Positions 1 to 10,216 of a DNA stretch of 61,767 nt are shown one piece after another. The position numbers and the translations under genes are program-made. Source of the DNA: an uncultured beta proteobacterium. GTDB lineage: Bacteria; Pseudomonadota; Gammaproteobacteria; Burkholderiales; Burkholderiaceae_B. Positions within the stretch are counted from its first letter, which is position 1. Each line of letters opens with the position of its first letter. The stretch covers positions 1 through 61,767 of the forward strand of contig CAIPID010000282.1 of the NCBI GenBank assembly GCA_903865015.1, in the 5' to 3' direction. The notes beneath the pieces were generated by a model, which made no database searches, had not been told where the DNA came from, and was given only the letters and a program-made list of their open reading frames with translations.

Positions 1-677
1 ACGCTATAGCCCACGCGCTTGAGCTGTGCTTGCCACCACTTCGCATCGGGCAATCCTTTCTTGGTGAATTCGGCCTCGTATTTTGCTTCGGCAGTTTCGT
101 CAAACCATCGGCCCACGCCGTCAAGCGCGAGTTCTTTCCATGGAAATGATGGTCCGGGGTCTTGTTTGCGCAACGGAGCTACATCACTATGTCCCACGAT
201 ATTTTCGGGCTTGATGTCATAGCGCTTTGCGAGATCGCGCGTCAGTGCAGTCACGGTATGGACTTGTGCGATCGGGTAGGGCGCACCCATTGTTCCATTG
301 ACGTTGCGCTCCCACCCCGGGTGAACAATCTCAATGCCGATCGAGCGCGGGTTGACATAGGTACGTCCATACCAGCTGCTCTCTCCCGCATGCCAGGCGC
401 TCATCGAGTCATCGACGAGTCGATATACCAAAGGAGGGTTGTCATCGGTCACAACGTAATGCGCACTCACATCTTTATTTGTGAGAACCGCGAGCGATGA
501 TGTTTTTGAGCCGGCTGTGTAGTGCAGCACGATCATGTCGATGCGACTGTTCTGGCCTTTCGCTTTCATTGTGTCGATGATCGAGTACCGACCTTCGGGC
601 GATTGGCTGGCGCAACCCGCAAGGATCAGGAGGGCGAGAATGGAAATAAGACGTTGAACGAAGCGCATCGGATTCAT
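1..677 (-). CDS. amiD: N-acetylmuramoyl-L-alanine amidase lipoprotein (AmiD-like), 3' end runs off the window
   Basis: Not in the ORF track. Manual translation from ATG at 677 gives MNPMRFVQRLISILALLILAGC (lipobox LAGC); the same frame gives IVGHSDVAPLRKQDPGPSFPW (Amidase_2 motif). ATGA overlap with the upstream gene. Confidence 0.9.
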   Translation of the reverse strand, partial: MNPMRFVQRLISILALLILAGCASQSPEGRYSIIDTMKAKGQNSRIDMIVLHYTAGSKTSSLAVLTNKDVSAHYVVTDDNPPLVYRLVDDSMSAWHAGESSWYGRTYVNPRSIGIEIVHPGWERNVNGTMGAPYPIAQVHTVTALTRDLAKRYDIKPENIVGHSDVAPLRKQDPGPSFPWKELALDGVGRWFDETAEAKYEAEFTKKGLPDAKWWQAQLKRVGYS

Positions 678-1405
678 ACCGCAAGAAACAAAAAGAGTGT
701 GGGGTGCTTGTCGAGCACGGGGGCAGGTTGTGATTTCCATTGCGCGATGGTGAACGTGCGGACCCACTCATCGCCGGTTGTCAGTGATCGTGCGATACAG
801 AGTCGCGTATTGCCTTTCAGGTTTTCGATCAGGCTGTTAAACATCGCATTGTTGCGATAAGGTGTCTCGATCAACAGCTGTGTTTGTTTCTGCTTGGCAG
901 AAGTGAGCTCCCAGCTTTTGAGTTGCTTGACACGCTCCGCTGCATCGACTGGTGCGTAACCATGAAATGCAAAACGCTGGCCATCCAGACCGCTGGCCAT
1001 AAGACCTAGCAGGATGGAGGAGGGCCCCACCCAGGGTTTAACGTTAATGCCCCAGCTGTGCGCAATACTCACGGCGCGTGCGCCCGGGTCTGCCACAGCT
1101 GGACAGCCTGCCTCTGATACCAGTCCGATATCTTGACCCGCCCGCAGTGGTTGCATCCATGCTTGCAGCGCTGCATCATCGATACGCTGACCAAGTTCAT
1201 GAATGGTGATTTCTTGCAGCGGTTGCGCCAGTGGGGTGAGTTTTAAAAAGGCACGTGCTGTTTTTGCATTTTCTGCAATGTAGAGTTTCAATCCCCCCGC
1301 AGTGGATTGAACTTGCTGCGGCAGCCAGTCATTGATTTCGGCTTCGCCTAGTCCGACAGGGATAAGGTGAAGGGTGCCTTGTTTATTTTTTGGAGCGTCT
1401 GTCAT
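674..1405 (-). CDS. SAM-dependent methyltransferase, tetrapyrrole-methylase/RsmI-like
   Basis: GLVSEAGCPAVADPG, VGPSS, IETPYRN motifs. Confidence 0.85.
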   Translation of the reverse strand: MTDAPKNKQGTLHLIPVGLGEAEINDWLPQQVQSTAGGLKLYIAENAKTARAFLKLTPLAQPLQEITIHELGQRIDDAALQAWMQPLRAGQDIGLVSEAGCPAVADPGARAVSIAHSWGINVKPWVGPSSILLGLMASGLDGQRFAFHGYAPVDAAERVKQLKSWELTSAKQKQTQLLIETPYRNNAMFNSLIENLKGNTRLCIARSLTTGDEWVRTFTIAQWKSQPAPVLDKHPTLFLFLAV

Positions 1406-1447
1406 TGAATTAGCCGGATTAAATGTGCTGTATTAACTGAGACGCGC

Positions 1448-2050
1448 TTAATTGAGGCGCGCGTGCAATAGAGGGTCCAGGCCGCAGTTGCTCAGCATAT
1501 TTGTCAGGGCAATCAGGGGCAGACCGATGATGGAAGTTGGATCCGCGCTTTGCATGCTTAGCATTAACGCGATTCCGAGACATTCTGCGCGAGCGCTGCC
1601 CGCTGTATCAAGCGGCTGGTCAATGGCAATATAGCGCTCGATCGCTTCACTTGAAAGTGTACGAAAAACACACGTGGTGGGCACATCAATACTTTGTGTG
1701 TGGTTATTGAAGATGACCGCCATTGCGCTGTGGAACACGACGGTCTGACCTGACATCTGTTGCAGCTGAATACGTGCAGCCTCAGTCGTGCCTGGCTTTC
1801 CCAAAGGCGTTCCATGCAGACTGGCTGCCTGATCGGCACCAATGACGATTGCCTCGGGAAAGCGCTCGGCTACGACCTGGGCCTTTTCGATTGCGAGCCT
1901 GAGTGCGAGCTGCTCCGGGGGCTCGCCAGAATGTGGTGTCTCATCGATCTCTGGGATGCTTATGGAAAAAGGAATCCTTAATCTTTCTAGCAGTTCACGC
2001 CTGTAGGGCGAGCTGGAGGCGAGGATTAACGAGTGAGGCATTGAAGTCAT
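1448..2050 (-). CDS. maf: Maf-family nucleotide pyrophosphatase (YceF-like)
   Basis: LILASSSPYRRELL, VIGADQ, GKP; divergent from yceD as usual. Confidence 0.9.
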   Translation of the reverse strand: MTSMPHSLILASSSPYRRELLERLRIPFSISIPEIDETPHSGEPPEQLALRLAIEKAQVVAERFPEAIVIGADQAASLHGTPLGKPGTTEAARIQLQQMSGQTVVFHSAMAVIFNNHTQSIDVPTTCVFRTLSSEAIERYIAIDQPLDTAGSARAECLGIALMLSMQSADPTSIIGLPLIALTNMLSNCGLDPLLHARLN

Positions 2051-2079
2051 GGTGCAGTGAGGATCGGGTGAGACTGAGA

Positions 2080-2109
2080 TTGACGATTAGAGGGTAAACA
2101 CGCTATTAT
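2080..2109 (+). promoter_or_regulatory. sigma70 promoter for yceD-rpmF-plsX-fab operon
   Basis: TTGACG-18 bp-TATTAT. Confidence 0.55.
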
Positions 2110-2182
2110 CTCTTGCTTTGCTGCTTTTATGCGAGCACGGCAAATGAACTTTATCGCATTGGAAACCGGCATTGGAAAGCGC

Positions 2183-2791
2183 ATGACCGACAAAAAGGCG
2201 GACGCAACCGTGGTGCACTGTAGCCTGGGTTTACCAGGTCAGATTGATGCGTTTGAATTTGCCCGCCGTGGTCGTACGCAGGCCGGTGTATTCAGTGTGC
2301 ATCGATTGCAGCGATTGCTTGATGGCCTTGAAGATCAGCCCTCGGTTGAGCTCGTTGAATTAAACGATGCGCCTGAGGAGCCAGGTCTTGTCAGGTATGT
2401 GCTTGTTGGGCAGTTAAATGCGTCGGGCAGGCCTCAATTAGTGTTGCGGGTGCAGACAAAGCTGTTGCTCGAATGCCAGCGCTGCCTGGGTCCGATGATG
2501 TTGTCCATTGACAGGCAGACGGCATTTGATCTGGTGAGGAGCGAAGCTGATCTCGGCGAGGAGTCTTTTGACGAAGACAGTATCGATGAGCCAGAAAAAT
2601 TAGTGGGATCCCGTCAGTTTGATGTGCTGGATCTGATAGAAGATGAATTGATTTTAGAAGTGCCCTATGTACCGCGTCACGAACAGTGCACGGACATGGC
2701 TGAAACAGAGTCTGATGACTCTGAGGATGACGTTGGGGAAGCGCGTCCATCACCGTTTGCGGTGTTGGAGCAGCTTAAATCAAAGCGTTAA
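2183..2791 (+). CDS. yceD: YceD/DUF177 23S rRNA accumulation protein
   Basis: CQRCL, EDELIL, C-terminal RPSPFAVL; upstream of rpmF. Start 2183 preferred over 2129. Confidence 0.88.
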   Translation: MTDKKADATVVHCSLGLPGQIDAFEFARRGRTQAGVFSVHRLQRLLDGLEDQPSVELVELNDAPEEPGLVRYVLVGQLNASGRPQLVLRVQTKLLLECQRCLGPMMLSIDRQTAFDLVRSEADLGEESFDEDSIDEPEKLVGSRQFDVLDLIEDELILEVPYVPRHEQCTDMAETESDDSEDDVGEARPSPFAVLEQLKSKR

Positions 2792-2883
2792 GTCGAGCGT
2801 ATTCAAGCAAAGCTTAATTCAGTGTATTAATTGGTTATTACTAAGATGGTTGGCGTACAATTCGCCGATCCACAGGAGTTGTC

Positions 2884-3066
2884 ATGGCTGTTCAGCAAAA
2901 CAAAAAATCACCATCAAAGCGCGGTATGCACCGTTCGCACGACTTTTTGACGAATCCGTCAACAGCGATCGAGCCAAACACAGGCGAGCAGCACATTCGC
3001 CACCATATCAGCCCAACCGGCTTTTATCGTGGTCGCAAGGTCCTCAAGACCAAAGCTGACGAATAA
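2884..3066 (+). CDS. rpmF: 50S ribosomal protein L32
   Basis: [20 protein letters not shown]; AGGAG RBS. Confidence 0.98.
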   Translation: MAVQQNKKSPSKRGMHRSHDFLTNPSTAIEPNTGEQHIRHHISPTGFYRGRKVLKTKADE

Positions 3067-3111
3067 TACGCGGTTGACAGGCATCACTCGTTTAACCGTG
3101 AGTTTATTCGT

Positions 3112-4200
3112 GTGACTGCGCACAATCACGTGGAACCCGTTATTCGCATTGCGATCGACTGCATGGGTGGTGACAGAGGTATTTCTGTCACTGTCCCTGC
3201 CGCATTCGAGTTCGCTGCGCGTTTCTCAGATACAGAATTACTGCTTGTTGGCTTGCCTGACGAGTTGAGTTCCGCTGTATCCGCCGCCCGTAAAAAATTT
3301 CCCTCCGTATCTCCCGAGCGTTATCGCATTATTGCAGCCTCTGAGGTTGTGACGATGGATGATCCCGTTGAGATCGCCTTACGCCGCAAAAAAGACTCGT
3401 CGATGCGCCTGGCCGCACAGGCCGTCAAAGATGGCGAGGCGCACGCCTGTGTTTCAGCAGGCAATACGGGGGCTTGGATGGCGATCTCGCGCTACATTCT
3501 TAAAACTATCCCAGGTATTGACCGTCCTGCGATCGCATCAGTCATGCCGAACCAAAAGGGTAACAAGACTGTCATGCTCGATCTGGGGGCCAATGTAGAT
3601 TGCACGCCCGAGCATTTGTTGCAGTTTGCCATCATGGGGACCGCACTGGCTCAGGTTGGTTCGACCGGGCAGCAGCCCAGCGTTGGCCTGCTCAATATCG
3701 GCGAAGAAGTCATCAAAGGCAACGAAACGGTCAAGCAGACTGCTGAACTCTTGCGCAAAAGTTCTTTGAATTTTTACGGCAACGTCGAAGGCGATGACAT
3801 ATTCAAAGGTACGGTCGACGTGGTGGTTTGCGATGGCTTTGTCGGTAATGTTGCCCTGAAAAGCGCCGAAGGTCTGGCGCATTTGATTGGGTCATATATG
3901 CGCGAAGAATTCAAACGTAATGCGCTGACAAAAGTCATGGGCCTGCTTGCCATGCCCGTACTCAACCGTTTTCGCTATCGCCTGGATAATCGTCGCCTCA
4001 ACGGTGCCGCCTTGCTTGGTTTGCGTGGCATCGTCATTAAAAGTCATGGTTCCGCGGATGCCTATGCATTTGGCTTTGCCTTGCAGCGCGCGCGTGACGC
4101 TGTGTTGAATGGCTTGCTTGAGCGCACAACAATTGCGATTGCGCAATTAACGCAGACTGCCGCGGCAACTGAAACTGTTCGTTCCGGAGACCCCGCATGA
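3112..4200 (+). CDS. plsX: phosphate acyltransferase PlsX
   Basis: [27 protein letters not shown]. Confidence 0.97.
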   Translation: MTAHNHVEPVIRIAIDCMGGDRGISVTVPAAFEFAARFSDTELLLVGLPDELSSAVSAARKKFPSVSPERYRIIAASEVVTMDDPVEIALRRKKDSSMRLAAQAVKDGEAHACVSAGNTGAWMAISRYILKTIPGIDRPAIASVMPNQKGNKTVMLDLGANVDCTPEHLLQFAIMGTALAQVGSTGQQPSVGLLNIGEEVIKGNETVKQTAELLRKSSLNFYGNVEGDDIFKGTVDVVVCDGFVGNVALKSAEGLAHLIGSYMREEFKRNALTKVMGLLAMPVLNRFRYRLDNRRLNGAALLGLRGIVIKSHGSADAYAFGFALQRARDAVLNGLLERTTIAIAQLTQTAAATETVRSGDPA

Positions 4201-5183
4201 GTGCGTCCATGCCTTTTTCCCGCATTATTGGCTCGGGTAGTTTTTTGCCTCCCAATCTGGTGACTAACGAAGCACTTGCCGCTGATATGGCGACCCGTCA
4301 GATCGAAACCTCCGACGAGTGGATTGCCGAACGCACAGGGATCCGTCAGCGCTATATCGCTGATCGGGGCGTTAAAACCAGCGCACTCGCGACCGAAGCC
4401 GCACGACGCGCGCTGGCAGATGCGGGTGTTGATGCCAGCGAAGTTGATCTCATTATTGTGGCGACTTCCACCGCAGATTTTGTATTTCCGAGCACCGCCT
4501 GTATTGTTCAGGCAGGGCTGGGCAATAAAGGCGCCGCGGCCTTTGATGTGCAGGCAGTTTGCAGCGGCTTTGTCTATGCGCTGACAACGGCAGACAGTTT
4601 TATCCGTGCCGGACGTGCCAAGTGCGCCGTTGTCATCGGTGCTGAGGTTTTTTCCAGCATCCTTGACTGGAATGACCGTGGTACCTGCGTACTGTTTGGC
4701 GATGGCGCCGGCGCAGTTGTCTTGCAGGCGAGCGACACGCCAGGCATTATCGGTGCTGAGTTGCATGCCGATGGCAGTCAGATGAATATTTTGACGGCAG
4801 CGGGTAATGTGGCCTACGGGCAGGTGACCGGTGATCCTTTCCTGCGTATGGATGGCCAGGCGGTATTCAAGCAGGCCGTGACGGTCCTTGATCGTTCTGC
4901 ACGTTCAGTGACTGCTGATGCAGGTCTGACGATGGCGGATGTGGACTGGATGATCCCCCATCAGGCTAATTTACGTATTTTGACATTCCTCGCCCGTAAA
5001 CTGGATGTACCCCTCGAAAAAGTCGTGGTCACGGTTGATCAGCACGCGAATACTTCTGCTGCAAGCATCCCGCTTGCGCTGGACGTAGCGCGTCGCGATG
5101 GGCGGATTCAGTCAGGACAGTTAGTCCTGTTGCAGGGTGTCGGTGGTGGATTCACCTGGGGCTCTGTACTAGTCAGGATGTGA
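4197..5183 (+). CDS. fabH: beta-ketoacyl-ACP synthase III
   Basis: AVCSGF, PHQAN, ANTSAAS. Confidence 0.97.
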   Translation: MSASMPFSRIIGSGSFLPPNLVTNEALAADMATRQIETSDEWIAERTGIRQRYIADRGVKTSALATEAARRALADAGVDASEVDLIIVATSTADFVFPSTACIVQAGLGNKGAAAFDVQAVCSGFVYALTTADSFIRAGRAKCAVVIGAEVFSSILDWNDRGTCVLFGDGAGAVVLQASDTPGIIGAELHADGSQMNILTAAGNVAYGQVTGDPFLRMDGQAVFKQAVTVLDRSARSVTADAGLTMADVDWMIPHQANLRILTFLARKLDVPLEKVVVTVDQHANTSAASIPLALDVARRDGRIQSGQLVLLQGVGGGFTWGSVLVRM

Positions 5184-5226
5184 TGTTTTTCATAACAGCC
5201 TTGTTTTTAGCTTATTGACGATAACT

Positions 5227-6165
5227 ATGAAATTTGCCTTCGTATTTCCAGGTCAGGGTTCCCAGTCTGTTGGCATGATGGACGCATGGGCGTCTCATCC
5301 CGCCGCGATGAAAGTGATTGCTGATGCCTCAGCTGCCCTTGGCGAGGACCTTGGTGCCTTAATGGCACAAGGTCCTGCAGAGCAGTTGAGCCTGACCACC
5401 AACACACAGCCGGCGATGTTGACCGCTGGCGTGGCGATGTTTGAAGCCTGGCGTGCAGCGGGCGGACCGGATGCCTCGATGATGGCTGGCCATAGTCTGG
5501 GAGAGTATGCGGCCCTGACCGCAGCGGGTTCGCTTGATCTGGCTGATGCTGTTCGTTTGGTGCGTATTCGTGCGGATGCGATGCAGGCTGCTGTCCCGGT
5601 CGGTACGGGTGCCATGGCGGCTGTGTTGGGTCTGGATGATGATTCCGTTCGCGCAGCGTGCGCCGAAGCCGCACAAGGTGAGATCGTTGAGGCAGTTAAT
5701 TTCAACGCCCCTGCACAGGTTGTGATTGCAGGACATGCCGAGGCCGTTCAGCGCGCAATGACTGCCGCCAAGGCTCGTGGTGCCAAGCGTGCGATGCTAT
5801 TGCCCGTTTCCGCACCTTTTCATTCCAGCTTGCTCAAGCCTGCGGCTGATGTCCTTTCCAAAGCACTGGCAACGGTGAGCGTTAATGTGCCCGCCGTATC
5901 AGTGATTAACAATGTGGATGTGGCAATCACTCAGGATCCAGCAGCTATTCGCGATGCACTGGTGCGTCAGGCCTGGCATGCTGTGCGTTGGGTTGAAATC
6001 ATTCAGGCCATGAAAGCACAGGGTATTACCCATGTAGTCGAGTGTGGTCCGGGTAAAGTACTTTCTGGTATGGTCAAACGCATCGAGCCCGACATGGTCG
6101 CCCTGTCGGTCACCGATCCGGAGTCGATGCAGGCAGCTCTTGACACACTGGCTGCTGCAGCCTGA
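5227..6165 (+). CDS. fabD: malonyl-CoA-ACP transacylase
   Basis: FPGQGSQ, GHSLGE, SAPFHS. Confidence 0.97.
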   Translation: MKFAFVFPGQGSQSVGMMDAWASHPAAMKVIADASAALGEDLGALMAQGPAEQLSLTTNTQPAMLTAGVAMFEAWRAAGGPDASMMAGHSLGEYAALTAAGSLDLADAVRLVRIRADAMQAAVPVGTGAMAAVLGLDDDSVRAACAEAAQGEIVEAVNFNAPAQVVIAGHAEAVQRAMTAAKARGAKRAMLLPVSAPFHSSLLKPAADVLSKALATVSVNVPAVSVINNVDVAITQDPAAIRDALVRQAWHAVRWVEIIQAMKAQGITHVVECGPGKVLSGMVKRIEPDMVALSVTDPESMQAALDTLAAAA

Positions 6166-6172
6166 GGATTTG

Positions 6173-6913
6173 ATGATGGATTTAAAAGATAAAGTTGCAC
6201 TGGTGACTGGCGCCTCGCGCGGCATTGGCAAGGCAATTGCCCGTGAATTAGCCTCACGTGGTGCGATCGTAATTGGTACCGCCACAACGGACGCTGGTGC
6301 GCAGGGCATTACTGAGATGCTTGCCCCACACGGTGGACGTGGCGTAGTACTGAATGTGACGGATGTGCCCGCATGTGACGCTCTGATCGATGCGTTAGGT
6401 AAGGAATCTGCCGGCGGACCGCATATCCTTGTCAATAATGCCGGTATTACCCGCGATACGCTCGCAATGCGCATGAAAGACGAAGATTGGGATGCGGTCC
6501 TCGAAACCAACCTGACCTCTGTTTTTCGTCTCTCGCGCGCTGTGATGCGCAGTATGATGAAGGCACGCTGGGGGCGTATTATTAATATCACCTCCGTCGT
6601 GGGCTCAAGCGGTAATCCTGGACAGGCTAACTACGCGGCAGCCAAGGCTGGCGTGGCAGGGATGTCCCGTGCGCTTGCCCGCGAGCTCGGTAGTCGTGGT
6701 GTCACAGTAAACTGTGTCGCACCTGGCTTTATTGAAACAGACATGACCAGTGAGCTGGGCGAGTCCCAGACTGCTGCCTTACTTGGGCAAATCCCTCTCG
6801 GAAGACTGGGTTCTGCCTCCGATATTGCACACGCGGTTGCCTTTTTGGCATCGCCGAATGCTAGTTACATTACAGGTACGACTTTGCACGTGAATGGCGG
6901 CATGTACTTGTAA
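6173..6913 (+). CDS. fabG: 3-oxoacyl-ACP reductase
   Basis: [21 protein letters not shown]; GAGGA RBS before 6173/6176. Confidence 0.97.
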   Translation: MMDLKDKVALVTGASRGIGKAIARELASRGAIVIGTATTDAGAQGITEMLAPHGGRGVVLNVTDVPACDALIDALGKESAGGPHILVNNAGITRDTLAMRMKDEDWDAVLETNLTSVFRLSRAVMRSMMKARWGRIINITSVVGSSGNPGQANYAAAKAGVAGMSRALARELGSRGVTVNCVAPGFIETDMTSELGESQTAALLGQIPLGRLGSASDIAHAVAFLASPNASYITGTTLHVNGGMYL

Positions 6914-6972
6914 TAGGTTTTTTTCTCCCGGTTAGCTATAATTCGCCGGACTTTTTCCTTTTGGAGATCTGC

Positions 6973-7209
6973 ATGGAAAGCATCGAACAGCGCGTCAAGA
7001 AGATTGTCGCTGAACAACTTGGCGTTAACGAAGCCGAAATCAAAAACGCCTCCTCCTTCCTGGATGACCTCGGCGCCGATTCGCTCGATATGGTCGAGCT
7101 GGTTATGGCACTCGAAGACGAGTTCGAAACTGAAATCCCTGACGAAGAAGCTGAAAAGATCACTACTGTTCAGCAGGCAGTGGACTACATCACTTCGCGC
7201 TCCAAGTAA
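6973..7209 (+). CDS. acpP: acyl carrier protein
   Basis: DLGADSLD phosphopantetheine site; TATAAT at 6937-6942 and GGAG RBS upstream. Confidence 0.98.
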   Translation: MESIEQRVKKIVAEQLGVNEAEIKNASSFLDDLGADSLDMVELVMALEDEFETEIPDEEAEKITTVQQAVDYITSRSK

Positions 7210-7219
7210 TTATCAATTC

Positions 7220-7331
7220 GCGGCATCAAGCGGAGTGATCCGCTGAGCTGTCGGGCGGTTGAGGCGATTAGTGTGCAGGTATCCCGGGGCGGTCGCGCTG
7301 GGTGTCTGCTCATTGAGTGTCTTGGCCGCCT
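7220..7331 (+). other. structured acpP-fabF intercistronic RNA (short GNRA hairpin plus long G.U-rich hairpin)
   Basis: AGCGGA-GTGA-TCCGCT at 7229-7244; 7254 GGCGGTTGAGGCG pairs with TGTCTTGGCCGCC ending 7330, and pairing continues inward. Confidence 0.65.
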
Positions 7332-7354
7332 TTATCACATATAAGGAGTGATCC

Positions 7355-8584
7355 GTGAAACGACGTGTCGTCATTACAGGCCTTGGGATCGTATGCCCAG
7401 TGGGTAACGATATCGCTTCAGCCTGGGACAATATCGTTAACGGTCGGTCCGGAATCGGACGGATTACACGTTTTGACCCGGCCGCGTTTAATGCGCACAT
7501 TGCAGGTGAAGTCAAAGGTTTTGACATCACTACGCTGATTCCCCAAAAAGAAGCACGCACAATGGATACCTTTATCCATTATGGGATTGCTGCGGGCGTG
7601 CAGGCCTGGAAAGACTCAGGCCTCGAAATCACGGAAGCCAACGCCGAGCGAGTGGGCGTCATCATTGGTTCGGGTATCGGTGGTCTGCAGCGTATCGAAG
7701 AAACGCAGACAGATTATCTCGAACGTGGTCCTCGCCGTATTTCTCCGTTTTTTGTTCCTGCCTCATTAATCAACCTGATCTCCGGTCAGTTGTCGATCAT
7801 GCTCGGTCTCAAAGGCCCGTCCTACGCCGTTGTTTCAGCTTGCACGACAGGCCTGCATTCAATTGGTGACGCGGCACGCCTGATCGAGTACGGTGATGCG
7901 GATGTCATGGTTGCAGGCGGTGCAGAGTCGACCGTGTCCCCATTAGGCATCGGTGGCTTTGCAGCGATGCGCGCGCTTTCGCAGCGCAATGATGATCCAA
8001 CGACTGCTTCGCGTCCCTGGGACCGTGACCGTGATGGTTTCGTCCTTGGCGAGGGCGCAGGCGTACTGGTACTCGAGGAATATGAGCACGCTAAAAAACG
8101 CGGCGCACGTATTTATGGTGAGTTTGCGGGTTATGGCATGAGCTCGGATGCGCATCACATCACGGCCCCTGACCGTGATGGCCCACGCCGTGGCGTCGTC
8201 AATGCTTTGCGTAATGGCGGGATCAATGCCGACGAAGTCGATTACGTTAATGCGCACGGTACCTCTACTCCGCTAGGTGACAGAAATGAAACCGAAGCCC
8301 TGAAACTTGCGTTTGGTGATCACGCTAAAAAACTCGTGATCAACTCAACCAAGTCGATGACCGGTCACTTGCTGGGTGCCGCAGGCGGTATTGAGGCTGT
8401 ATTTACAACACTTGCCGTACACCACCAGATCTCCCCGCCAACGATCAATATTTTCAATCAGGACCCTGAGTGCGATCTTGACTACTGCGCAAATACCGCG
8501 CGGCAGATGAAGATCGATGTGGCCTTGTCGAATTCATTTGGTTTTGGTGGAACCAACGGTTCTATGGCTGTGCGTCGTCTTTGA
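7355..8584 (+). CDS. fabF: beta-ketoacyl-ACP synthase II
   Basis: SACTTG, NAHGTST, TGHLLGAAG, SNSFGFGG. Confidence 0.97.
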   Translation: MKRRVVITGLGIVCPVGNDIASAWDNIVNGRSGIGRITRFDPAAFNAHIAGEVKGFDITTLIPQKEARTMDTFIHYGIAAGVQAWKDSGLEITEANAERVGVIIGSGIGGLQRIEETQTDYLERGPRRISPFFVPASLINLISGQLSIMLGLKGPSYAVVSACTTGLHSIGDAARLIEYGDADVMVAGGAESTVSPLGIGGFAAMRALSQRNDDPTTASRPWDRDRDGFVLGEGAGVLVLEEYEHAKKRGARIYGEFAGYGMSSDAHHITAPDRDGPRRGVVNALRNGGINADEVDYVNAHGTSTPLGDRNETEALKLAFGDHAKKLVINSTKSMTGHLLGAAGGIEAVFTTLAVHHQISPPTINIFNQDPECDLDYCANTARQMKIDVALSNSFGFGGTNGSMAVRRL

Positions 8585-8591
8585 TCGCAGC

Positions 8592-9071
8592 TTGACCGAT
8601 GGCTTAAGTCTTTGCGTGCCACTGTCCCGCCCCAGGCGGGCAGTGGTTACGGAATGCATCGCTTTGGCGGGAGCTAGCTCGGCTCTCACACTTGCTGCCT
8701 TTTGGGCAGACCTTCCCTTACTGATCGTGATCTCTGTGGCGTGCCTGCCTGGGCTACATGTCCTGTTTGCTTCGTTAAGTCGCAGGCCTAAAATGCCTCA
8801 ATATTTATACCTGCACCCCTATCAGTCGTGGAGTCTCGGCGACTTGAACAGTAAAAATAACCAGTCAGTGCACCTGAAACAGAAGTGGCAGCATTTTTTT
8901 GGTTTGACGCTTAGCTTGAAAATCCTCAATTGCCCCCATAACAAGCAGGAAACTGTCAAAATCACTGTGTGGCGCTGCAATATCGCTCCTGATATCTATC
9001 GTCGGATCTGTGTGATGGTTGCCTGGAGGCTGGATCAGCCCCAGACTGAGCAAAAAATGGAGATAGTGTGA
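8592..9071 (+). CDS. membrane protein, YgfX/CptA-like
   Basis: Two N-terminal hydrophobic helices; C-terminal W...YRRICV resembles YgfX; stop overlaps the rpoE start. TTG start at 8592 is uncertain. Confidence 0.55.
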   Translation: MTDGLSLCVPLSRPRRAVVTECIALAGASSALTLAAFWADLPLLIVISVACLPGLHVLFASLSRRPKMPQYLYLHPYQSWSLGDLNSKNNQSVHLKQKWQHFFGLTLSLKILNCPHNKQETVKITVWRCNIAPDIYRRICVMVAWRLDQPQTEQKMEIV

Positions 9072-9667
9072 CTGAGCGCGACGTAGATGCTGAATTAGTC
9101 GCCCGTGTGCAAAACGGCGATAAAAAGGCATTTGACCTGTTGGTATTGAAATATCAACGCAAAATTATGCGGCTACTGTCGCGGATGATCCGCGACCCAG
9201 CCGAGACTGAGGACGTGGCACAGGAGGCTTTCATCAAAGCCTACCGAGCATTGCCACAATTCAGGGGAGATAGCGCCTTTTATACCTGGCTTTATCGTAT
9301 TGCGATCAATACCGCACGCAACTGGCTGGCTACAAATAAACGTCGTCCGAGCACTTCTTCTTCATTTGAGAACGAAGAAGGTGAAACTTTTGACGAATCC
9401 GAGAACCTAACAGACAACAGTACCCCTGAGTCAGAGCTTGCCAGTCGTGAAATTGCACGGACGGTGAACAAGGCGATCGAGGACTTGCCAGAAGAATTGC
9501 GCAACGCCATTGTGATGCGCGAGATCGATGGCATGACCTATGAGGACATTGCTCAAAGCATGAACTGCCCCATCGGTACTGTGCGTTCTCGAATTTTTCG
9601 GGCCCGCGAGGCTATTGCGACACGGTTACGTCCAATTATGGGCAATACCAGTGACAAACGCTGGTAA
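9068..9667 (+). CDS. rpoE: ECF sigma factor RpoE
   Basis: DVAQEAFIKAYRAL, FYTWLYRIAIN, PIGTVRSRIFRAR. Confidence 0.97.
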   Translation: MTERDVDAELVARVQNGDKKAFDLLVLKYQRKIMRLLSRMIRDPAETEDVAQEAFIKAYRALPQFRGDSAFYTWLYRIAINTARNWLATNKRRPSTSSSFENEEGETFDESENLTDNSTPESELASREIARTVNKAIEDLPEELRNAIVMREIDGMTYEDIAQSMNCPIGTVRSRIFRAREAIATRLRPIMGNTSDKRW

Positions 9668-9679
9668 GGACAGAAAATC

Positions 9680-10216
9680 ATGCAAGACTTAAAACAGAAT
9701 CAGAGCAACCAGAACATCTCGATTGACGAGCTTTCAGTCTCGATTTCAGCCTGGATGGATGGCGACCAACAAGCCTCGATGCCGGACGTCCTGAAAACCG
9801 AACAGGGTAAAGAAACCTGGCAGCTTTATCACCTGATTGGGGATGCGCTGCGTACGCCTGAGCTCGCGCAGCCACCGGCAGTTGAATTCTCCAGTCGCGT
9901 TGCGCAGGCGATCGCCGCAGAACCCACCATCCTCGCCCCAGGGGCTCTGGCGACACAACAGAGCACTTCATGGATGCGTCGTTATGGTTGGCCTAGTTTT
10001 GCGATGGCTGCTGCTGTCGCAAGCGTAGTGTGGGTTGCACGTCCTTTCTTAGTCCCTGAAATGAGTGACGCAGCACCTCAGGTGGCTATGTCCGCTCCTG
10101 CGAGTATTGTCGCGTCGAGTCTCGACCCATCAAGCGTGCAATCCTATGTCAGTGCGCACAGACAGGTGTCAGGACCTGCGGCAGTCAGGCAGGTCTCATT
10201 TGGAGTTGATAAATAA
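9680..10216 (+). CDS. rseA: anti-sigma-E factor RseA
   Basis: ISAWMDG, WQLYHLIGDALR, single TM segment, follows rpoE. Confidence 0.92.
   Translation: MQDLKQNQSNQNISIDELSVSISAWMDGDQQASMPDVLKTEQGKETWQLYHLIGDALRTPELAQPPAVEFSSRVAQAIAAEPTILAPGALATQQSTSWMRRYGWPSFAMAAAVASVVWVARPFLVPEMSDAAPQVAMSAPASIVASSLDPSSVQSYVSAHRQVSGPAAVRQVSFGVDK

Noticed and set aside
4062-4766. Long antisense ORFs (also 5899-6591, 11961-12689, 23398-23967 and others)
   Set aside because: They lie opposite well-conserved genes and have no recognisable motifs; they are codon-bias shadows.
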